Sequence record: ON113170.1
DNA: 64,000 bases
Source: Enterococcus phage vB_OCPT_CCS1
Strand: one strand, 5' to 3'
Shown here: one piece after another, positions 57,179-64,000 of the stretch
Numbering within the stretch: the stretch's first letter is position 1
Layout of the letters: each line of letters opens with the position of its first letter
Program-made: the position numbers and the translations under genes
Notes under the pieces: generated by a model
Seen by the model: only the letters and a program-made list of their open reading frames with translations
Database searches by the model: none
What the model was told of the DNA's origin: nothing

Positions 57179-57188
57179 TACTATATTA
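57179..57188 (+). promoter_or_regulatory. TACTATATTA motif
   Basis: Recurrent decamer. Confidence 0.3.
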
Positions 57189-57211
57189 ATGGACGAAAGG
57201 ACGTGATAAGT

Positions 57212-57913
57212 GTGGGACAATCAGATGGAATGGGTGGAACATTAAAAAGAATTGCTATTCAAGTTGGGGACGACCCAAACACAGGTTGGTATAGATTTCA
57301 AGTTAACCCAACTCAATATAAATACAGCAAACCACACCGTGTAACAATCTTTAAAACAAAGTCTAACATTATCACTGAGGACTTTGGTAAAGATATTGAA
57401 ACCATTCAATTCTCTGGTACAACTGGATTTAGAAAAGACTCTAGAGGAATGAACGGTGCTGATAGATTAAGAGAACTATCAGATATGATAGACGACTACG
57501 CAAATAAAGGTGGGAATGGGAACCGTCCAAAAGTAGAAATGAAGTTCTATAATTTTACTGATGACCAGTACTTTGTGGTTCATTTAGCCCCAGAGGGTCT
57601 CATAATAGAACGTTCTGCGGAACAGCCATTACTATTTACTTATACATTAAGCTTAGTTGTATTAAGAAAAGCAGGGGAACCTGCTGAACGTGACCAAGTT
57701 AACCCAGAAATCGGAAATAAAAATCCTAGTGTAGGAGACAAAGACAAAGACACAAGAAGTGGTATAATTAGAACACCTGCACAGTTACTACATGAACAGT
57801 ATAAAAATTCTGTGTTGCCAAATATAGCAGTAAACCCTAGTGGTACATCTGGTGCCTATAACTACGGTTTAGTTGAGCTAAAAAGATTAATTGGTTACGG
57901 AGGTGGTCAATAA
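57212..57913 (+). CDS. baseplate/tail structural protein
   Basis: GTG 57212 downstream of a TACTATATTA promoter; the track ORF start overlaps that promoter. Confidence 0.45.
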   Translation: MGQSDGMGGTLKRIAIQVGDDPNTGWYRFQVNPTQYKYSKPHRVTIFKTKSNIITEDFGKDIETIQFSGTTGFRKDSRGMNGADRLRELSDMIDDYANKGGNGNRPKVEMKFYNFTDDQYFVVHLAPEGLIIERSAEQPLLFTYTLSLVVLRKAGEPAERDQVNPEIGNKNPSVGDKDKDTRSGIIRTPAQLLHEQYKNSVLPNIAVNPSGTSGAYNYGLVELKRLIGYGGGQ

Positions 57914-58449
57914 TGGCAACTGTATATCAATCTGCGGACTTGCTAAGATTCTTTCGTTACTTAAACGTAAACGTGCAAGGAGATGTCGTTAGTAATGTCA
58001 TAGACGACCAACCTAACTTTATTTCTAGATTTTACACACCGCACACAAGAGTGAATAAAATATCTAGTACCTTATTAGATATTGTGAAAGACAATAACAT
58101 TAGTGAAACAAATAAAGAGTTATCCAAGGATTCACTAACCTATAAGTTCTTGAAGAGTGGACTACGATTAACAGCTCCTGACATTTACCAGTTAGCTCAA
58201 ATCGTAGTACTTGAATCTTTTGCTTTAATTTATGCAATTGAAGAAAAACCTGAAATGTTCAAAATGATTAATGAATCAGATGTGAAACAAACACGTGAAA
58301 ACGTGAAGTATCTTGTGGACTACTTAGGGGAGAAAAAAGATTATACTGATATTGTAATGGATTTACACTCTATGGATATTGCCCTTGGTTATATTCAAGA
58401 ACAGATTCCATTAATTCAAGGAGGGTTACCAGTAAATGGCACGATATAA
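57913..58449 (+). CDS. baseplate structural protein (178 aa)
   Basis: Coupled (TAATG). Confidence 0.45.
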   Translation: MATVYQSADLLRFFRYLNVNVQGDVVSNVIDDQPNFISRFYTPHTRVNKISSTLLDIVKDNNISETNKELSKDSLTYKFLKSGLRLTAPDIYQLAQIVVLESFALIYAIEEKPEMFKMINESDVKQTRENVKYLVDYLGEKKDYTDIVMDLHSMDIALGYIQEQIPLIQGGLPVNGTI

Positions 58450-59140
58450 GAAACATACAATCGTTTATGGAGAAACCATGCAATCCATTGCTCAAATGGA
58501 GACAGGTTCTGTAAATGACTGGATAAAGATTGCTGAGTATAACTCCTTGGTTTATCCATACATAGTAGACACTATGCAGGAGAAGATGGCTAATATTGAA
58601 CACCTAGCAACACCGGGAGACACCTTAGTGATTCCTGTAGAAGCTAATCTGTTAGACATGGATATTAACCACTTAAACCAACGAGACATGGACTTCTTGC
58701 TTAGCCTCTCTTTAGGTAGAGATTTAGACATGACAAGTGAGACAGAGTACTACGAAAATCATGGTACAAGTGATGAGGTGTTCTCATTGACCCATAACGG
58801 GCACGGAGACCTTAAGACAGCCAGCGGAGCAGACAATATAAGGCAAGCTACTATCTCTCGTCTAATGACCGCTAAGGGGTCTTTAATGCTACACCCCGAA
58901 TACGGAAGTAATTTACATTTGCTTTTCGGTAAAACCACTATTGAGCAGATGAAACTAATCAGCTTAGAAGTGTGCGAAACGGTACTAAAAGATACTCGAG
59001 TAGCTGAGTGTGTATTAGTCAGTCACTACATCGAAGAAGACCATTATGTAGGGAACTACAGAGCAACCATACAATCTACAAAAGACCAGTTTGAATTTGT
59101 AGTACAAAATGATAGTGTGGGCGCAATTGTGATAGAGTAG
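58436..59140 (+). CDS. baseplate protein with N-terminal LysM-like domain (XkdP-like)
   Basis: YGETMQSIAQMETGSVNDWIKIAEYNSL. Confidence 0.45.
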   Translation: MARYKKHTIVYGETMQSIAQMETGSVNDWIKIAEYNSLVYPYIVDTMQEKMANIEHLATPGDTLVIPVEANLLDMDINHLNQRDMDFLLSLSLGRDLDMTSETEYYENHGTSDEVFSLTHNGHGDLKTASGADNIRQATISRLMTAKGSLMLHPEYGSNLHLLFGKTTIEQMKLISLEVCETVLKDTRVAECVLVSHYIEEDHYVGNYRATIQSTKDQFEFVVQNDSVGAIVIE

Positions 59141-59154
59141 AAAGGAGTATCCCT

Positions 59155-60207
59155 GTGAGACTAAAGAAAATTTCAGAAATTTTAGGTAGACTAATTGACG
59201 TAACCATGATTAACACTCATGAGTTAAACGACTTCTCTGTAGGGTCTACGATTCGTTCCATTTATGAAGCTGTATCAATGGAACTTGAACAATACTACAT
59301 TTTAGGAAGAGAAAATATTTTATGGGGGATTGAGCAGGGGGTACTAAATGCTTTCGACTTTAGAAAACGTGAAGCCAAACGAGCTTACGGTATGGTGACT
59401 CTAGAGTTCCATACTGTAACACAAACCCCTGTTTATGTCCCTACAGGTACAACTTTTGACTCTAGCTTGTCTGGTGCACCTAGTAACTTGACATTCCAAA
59501 CAATGCGAGACTATGTGATTCCTGCCGGAGTTGTTACAGCAAAAGTAGAAGTTTACTGTACGACAGTAGGTTCGAAAGGGAACATTGCTAAAGGTAGAAT
59601 CAATCGTGTTATTAACAACATCTCTAACCTGAAAAAAGTGTATAATGAATATGACATACTTACTGGTACAGATGAAGAAAGTATTGAATCTGTGAAGAAA
59701 AGGTTCCATGCTTTTGTTGAGTCCCGTGGTAGAGCTACGATTAAAGCTTTAGATTACGGTACACGACAAGTAGAAGAGGTATCCGGTGTGTATATCAAAG
59801 AGGAAGTTGGTTATGTACGTATTTACGCTCATGACTTGAACGGGGACTTAAAAGGTGAAACACTAGCTAAAATCAAAACAGCTATTGAAGACTATCGACC
59901 TGCGGGAATTAAACTAGATGTGTTCCCTGTAGTCAAACTTACAGTACCAATTGATGTAACAATCACAATTAATAATAAAAACAGAATTAACACTGCACTA
60001 GAAGAAAGAATTGAACTAACTATCAGAAACTATCTAAACAGTCGTACAGTATCTCAAACATTAGTGAAAGCTGACTTGTTACAGGCTATCATGAATATTG
60101 ATGATAACTTAATATATGACTGCGTAATTAATAACTTGGATGGTAACTTAGATATTAGAGACGAGGAAATCATTCGTGCAGGAGATGTAACAATAGAATT
60201 AATCTAG
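59155..60207 (+). CDS. baseplate J-like protein (putative)
   Basis: 350 aa; position after the LysM baseplate protein and before the fibre. Confidence 0.4.
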   Translation: MRLKKISEILGRLIDVTMINTHELNDFSVGSTIRSIYEAVSMELEQYYILGRENILWGIEQGVLNAFDFRKREAKRAYGMVTLEFHTVTQTPVYVPTGTTFDSSLSGAPSNLTFQTMRDYVIPAGVVTAKVEVYCTTVGSKGNIAKGRINRVINNISNLKKVYNEYDILTGTDEESIESVKKRFHAFVESRGRATIKALDYGTRQVEEVSGVYIKEEVGYVRIYAHDLNGDLKGETLAKIKTAIEDYRPAGIKLDVFPVVKLTVPIDVTITINNKNRINTALEERIELTIRNYLNSRTVSQTLVKADLLQAIMNIDDNLIYDCVINNLDGNLDIRDEEIIRAGDVTIELI

Positions 60208-60218
60208 GAGGTAAAATT

Positions 60219-63200
60219 GTGAGTAATTTTTTCAGAAACATACACCCACTCTTGCGAAGAAATAAACGTCCGGAGAAGTACGATGACACGAATTTCGCTG
60301 TGTTAAATGCGTTGAATTATGAATTAACACAGGCAGAGCAAGAAACCATTGCTAGTAAAATACAATCCTCCTTAGAGTCTGCTACAGATACGTACCTAGA
60401 CACTTGGGGAGATTGGTTCGGGGTGTACCGTAAGGACGGTTGGGACGATGAGTACTATCGTGCACGTATCATACGGGAACTACTTCTTAAGCGTGGTACA
60501 ATTCCTGCTATCATTGATGCACTAGTAGATTTTCTTAATGATAATGATGCAGTTGTTCAAATCTACGAACCATGGAGAAACATCTTCTATACAAATAAAT
60601 CTAAATTAAACGGTGATGACCACTTAATGGGTTATTACTACCGTTTTGCAATTATTGACATTTCAATTGACAGACCGTTTCCTCCTGAAATCGTAGAAAT
60701 TATCAAGGCTTTCAAACCTGCGGGTGTTTTATTCTATCTAAGACTAGATACAAGCTTAGACAAGAATAAAACAACTGTAGAAAGTCCTTATGTATACTTA
60801 GACGTAACAAATAAAACAGAATTAGAGTTCCTTAACGGTTTGTATTATGACCTACGAGGTAACATTAACCTGTCTGACCAACGAACACAAGTTGTGGGGA
60901 ACAACATCTTCCACACAAATAACTCTAAGCTAAACGGAGAAGACGTGCTTGCAGGGGCGTTTAACCATGGACGAGGCTATATTCACTTAGCAAGTACCAC
61001 ATTGCTTGATTACACACCAAAAGCTACTGATTCTATGAGTAACTTAAAAACAACTCTAGGTGAAGCAGGCTCTGACATGTACAATCAAACAAAAGAAAAA
61101 GACGGAAGAACAGCTTCTATTCAAGTACCTGCAACAAAAAATGTACACACCCTATACTCCAACAGTTTAGACTTTGGTGACTATGATTATTCAACCGCAC
61201 CAAACCTTTTGCCTACATTAGATTATTCTAAATTGAGTAAAAACGGCTCAGCTTTACAAACACCTTTACCATATATTAAAGACTATGGTGACTACTTTGT
61301 ACTTGACTCTAATGACGCATCAGCGGTTGGAACGTCTAGAAACTGTTTTGTACCGTTTCTAACACGTTTAACTAAAGGTAAAACGTATACACTAAGCGTT
61401 AGTATGATGGTTGATGATGAGTTTGCGAACAATCAAGGTTATTATAATTCACCATTAAATTATACAATATCCACAACAAACCCAGCTAAATCAGATATAA
61501 TAGCTAGTATATATTCGAGTGCTGATATGCGTAACCAATGGAAACGAGTGTCTAAAGTATTTACTGTACCAGCAAACCAAACAGACGGTGACTATGTATA
61601 TTTACAACTATATCAAACCGCAGGTGTCAAAGGTAAATTATACATTCGTTATGATATGATGATTCAAGAAGGAGACCAAACCAGTTCTCAAGCACCAGCT
61701 AACCAAATGCCAAAAGTCGCAACTGATGATTATATGTTTTCACACCAGAATGTTACTAAGACTGAGGAAGATGGTAATATAACTAGTTTTAATAATTTAC
61801 CAACTAGCGAACCTATTCGCAATATATACGTTAGGAACACAGAGGGTACTAAAAAACTAATTCCTTTGTTATCAGATAAAAAACAATATACCATGAGCGT
61901 TGAAATGTGGTCTGAAAAAGAAGTAACACCAGTAATAAGATACCGTGTTAATGATAGTAATAACACACCCAAGTTCCCTTTAGAAATAGCTAATAAAAAA
62001 ATACCAGCTAAACAATGGACTGAGGTGTCTGTTACGAACACGCTTGACTTACCAAGTAATCTCAATATGATTAAACCTGAGTCACAAAAACCAGTTACTA
62101 ATAGTAACTATCTTATTAAAATCTATAACATTGAACCAATGGTAAAAGGCAAGAAGTATACCATCACATTGAAAGGTACAAAGCCAGATACACAATCGTT
62201 TAGACCCTTCTTTACACGTGAAACTGGTACTCCGTGGGGTTTTGGTGATATGAAACTAGTTTCTGGTACTACAGACATTTATAGCGGAACATTCACCGCT
62301 GCTGCAGATGCTCACCCAACTAGTCCGCAAGTTCAAATATATCAAGTACCAAATACTACAGTAGATGAGTGTACGATAGAATGGTTAAAACTAGAAGAAG
62401 GTGAAACTTATACACCTGACTACCCTCAACACTGGTTGCACATTGCTATTCCACAAGCATATGAAGGTACTATTAAAATCAAAAATGATAGTATCAAAAT
62501 CCAAGAGGGAGCAACAACAACAAAACCGGCTTGGAAACCTAATTTACTAGACGCTCCATATTATTTGAGTAAGGTGCCTTTGGGTGAGAATATTGCTAAT
62601 AAAGATATTCAGTTTCCAATCAAAACCAGTGAATATCTTTCATATATCGCTAGAATGATAGAACCTTTTGTTGTAGGAGAAACTTATACAATTACCATAA
62701 AAGCAACAAAACCAACCAGTCAAACGTTTATGGTTTATAACAGCGGTGTAGGGACTACTTATTACGGAAACCTAAAACCAGTTGAGGGATTGACAGATGT
62801 ATGGTCACTAACATTCACACCAACGAATGTTTCGTCAGTTAATCCTAGCGATTTACGTATATTTCAGTATCCATCATCAACAGTAGGCGCTGTTCAAATT
62901 GATTGGTTAAAAATCGAAAAAGGAGATACAAGAACTCCTAACATTGATTCCTACGACTATGTAGGCTCTCTGATAGAAGATACGGAAACACCTACATTAG
63001 ACCCGACTAAGTATACATGGACGGTAAATGGGGATGTAACAAATAAAAAGGCATATATGATATTTGACATTAAAACATTTATCGAAGAAAATTATGCTAC
63101 AGAATTTGAAAAACTTGTTGCTGACCTAGGTGAAGACCAAGCGTTGAACGCTGTATTTGAAAATTTCAACATCTCTACAGCGCTTAAAGCTTTAGTGAGC

Positions 63201-63794
63201 CCAAGTTCACCAATTAATTTCTCAGTTGAGCTATACGACTTTTCTACAAGTGCATGGCACAAACTAAACACGGATAGTTTAGACCTACGTATGCGTACGT
63301 TTAACTTAGTAGCGAATCGTATTACAGACTATTTAAACGACTACAAGCTGTTATTTGTTCGTTACGTTTTTGATAACGAAACAGATAAAGATGTGACAGT
63401 TGAACTAGACATGCTAAACGTACTATGCAATTATCGTTTAGGTGACGGGTACAGCGTTGGTTTACAGAGCAAAGTAGAAACATTAACAGATATACCGGCA
63501 AGTAATGTAAGTTTGTCAAAAGAATCATTAGTACTAGGGATAGGCGAATCAGAGGCAGTAACTGCAACTCTTTTACCTGCTAATACAACTAATACTAATT
63601 TAGAATGGTTAATTCTAGACCCTAACATTGCTAAGGTATCCAGTTCGGGTAATATTACGGGGTTGTCCGAAGGGAAAACAAAACTTGTAGTTTACGGGGA
63701 TGACCGAAACGTAAGTGCTGAGTGTGATGTAAAAGTCGTAATTAGACCTACAGCAATTGCACTAGACAAGGAAACAATAAATATCAATATCTAG
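60219..63794 (+). CDS. tail fibre / receptor-binding protein with duplicated CBM-like modules and C-terminal Big_2 Ig-like domain
   Basis: GTG start with GGAGGT RBS; internal duplication (YTITLKGTKPDTQSF... / YTITIKATKPTSQTF...); Big_2 motif at the C-terminus. Confidence 0.7.
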   Translation: MSNFFRNIHPLLRRNKRPEKYDDTNFAVLNALNYELTQAEQETIASKIQSSLESATDTYLDTWGDWFGVYRKDGWDDEYYRARIIRELLLKRGTIPAIIDALVDFLNDNDAVVQIYEPWRNIFYTNKSKLNGDDHLMGYYYRFAIIDISIDRPFPPEIVEIIKAFKPAGVLFYLRLDTSLDKNKTTVESPYVYLDVTNKTELEFLNGLYYDLRGNINLSDQRTQVVGNNIFHTNNSKLNGEDVLAGAFNHGRGYIHLASTTLLDYTPKATDSMSNLKTTLGEAGSDMYNQTKEKDGRTASIQVPATKNVHTLYSNSLDFGDYDYSTAPNLLPTLDYSKLSKNGSALQTPLPYIKDYGDYFVLDSNDASAVGTSRNCFVPFLTRLTKGKTYTLSVSMMVDDEFANNQGYYNSPLNYTISTTNPAKSDIIASIYSSADMRNQWKRVSKVFTVPANQTDGDYVYLQLYQTAGVKGKLYIRYDMMIQEGDQTSSQAPANQMPKVATDDYMFSHQNVTKTEEDGNITSFNNLPTSEPIRNIYVRNTEGTKKLIPLLSDKKQYTMSVEMWSEKEVTPVIRYRVNDSNNTPKFPLEIANKKIPAKQWTEVSVTNTLDLPSNLNMIKPESQKPVTNSNYLIKIYNIEPMVKGKKYTITLKGTKPDTQSFRPFFTRETGTPWGFGDMKLVSGTTDIYSGTFTAAADAHPTSPQVQIYQVPNTTVDECTIEWLKLEEGETYTPDYPQHWLHIAIPQAYEGTIKIKNDSIKIQEGATTTKPAWKPNLLDAPYYLSKVPLGENIANKDIQFPIKTSEYLSYIARMIEPFVVGETYTITIKATKPTSQTFMVYNSGVGTTYYGNLKPVEGLTDVWSLTFTPTNVSSVNPSDLRIFQYPSSTVGAVQIDWLKIEKGDTRTPNIDSYDYVGSLIEDTETPTLDPTKYTWTVNGDVTNKKAYMIFDIKTFIEENYATEFEKLVADLGEDQALNAVFENFNISTALKALVSPSSPINFSVELYDFSTSAWHKLNTDSLDLRMRTFNLVANRITDYLNDYKLLFVRYVFDNETDKDVTVELDMLNVLCNYRLGDGYSVGLQSKVETLTDIPASNVSLSKESLVLGIGESEAVTATLLPANTTNTNLEWLILDPNIAKVSSSGNITGLSEGKTKLVVYGDDRNVSAECDVKVVIRPTAIALDKETININI

Positions 63795-63808
63795 ATAAGG
63801 AGTTACTC

Positions 63809-64000
63809 ATGATATATACAGCTTACGCAAATTCAGCCGATGGCACAAAAGACTTTACTAAAGTGAGACCTAAACCAAACCTGTATAATTCCAGTCTCCT
63901 AAATTCTGACTCCTCTATTATTGTAGAGGAGACAGGGTTTAAGCTTTTGGGAGGTTGGGCTAAAACAGTAATCAACCATGCAAATCTTCGGAAAATTCTG
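63809..64000 (+). CDS. partial CDS (N-terminus only), hypothetical tail protein
   Basis: ATG 63809 with AAGGAG RBS; runs to the window edge. Confidence 0.4.
   Translation, partial: MIYTAYANSADGTKDFTKVRPKPNLYNSSLLNSDSSIIVEETGFKLLGGWAKTVINHANLRKIL

Noticed and set aside
1-64000. Prophage, integrase, CRISPR or rRNA content
   Set aside because: No integrase or recombinase, no attachment-site repeats, no CRISPR-like arrays and no rRNA-like sequence were seen

Overview
This window reads as the genome of a large virulent tailed phage (myovirus-like, about 38% GC, probably infecting a Lactobacillales host) that is not integrated. No integrase, attachment sites or host genes are visible. Overall confidence in the protein and tRNA calls is moderate; the ncRNA interpretations are less certain.

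Layout:
- Positions 1-5.8 kb, minus strand: replication and nucleotide-metabolism genes. These include an anaerobic ribonucleotide reductase NrdD, a ParB-like nuclease, an XRE-type HTH regulator, and a Ro60/TROVE-like protein with a C-terminal von Willebrand factor A (vWA) domain.
- Positions 6-16.4 kb, minus strand: a roughly 10 kb tRNA operon with about 25 hand-parsed canonical tRNAs. It also holds several non-canonical tRNA-like modules, small ORFs, an AAA+ ATPase, promoter/terminator modules and a roughly 1 kb ORF-free segment.
- Positions 16.8-64 kb, mostly plus strand: the morphogenesis module. It runs from a possible small terminase and the large terminase through portal, prohead protease, an acidic scaffold-like protein, major capsid, tail sheath and tube, a tape measure with a lytic-transglycosylase domain, an NlpC/P60 tail lysin, a giant repeat-containing tail protein, baseplate proteins and a 1191-aa fibre with a C-terminal Big_2 domain.
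- A three-gene lysis-type cluster (amidase, a secreted LysM protein, a CHAP peptidase) sits between terminase and portal.

Most notable observation:
- The Ro60-like gene lies directly downstream of tandem ncRNA units. Their cores are circularly permuted tRNA-like domains: T-arm, then a closed acceptor-like hairpin, then D-arm, clamped by a long bulged stem. This is the architecture described for bacterial Y RNAs (YrlA), the partners of Ro60.
- More tRNA-mimic or aberrant tRNA-like elements are scattered through the tRNA array.
- The 1 kb ORF-free segment is hairpin-rich with balanced GC and sits behind its own promoter; it is a candidate large ncRNA (the genomic context fits GOLLD/ROOL-type RNAs).

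All calls come from hand reading of the sequence and the supplied ORF track; no database searches were run.
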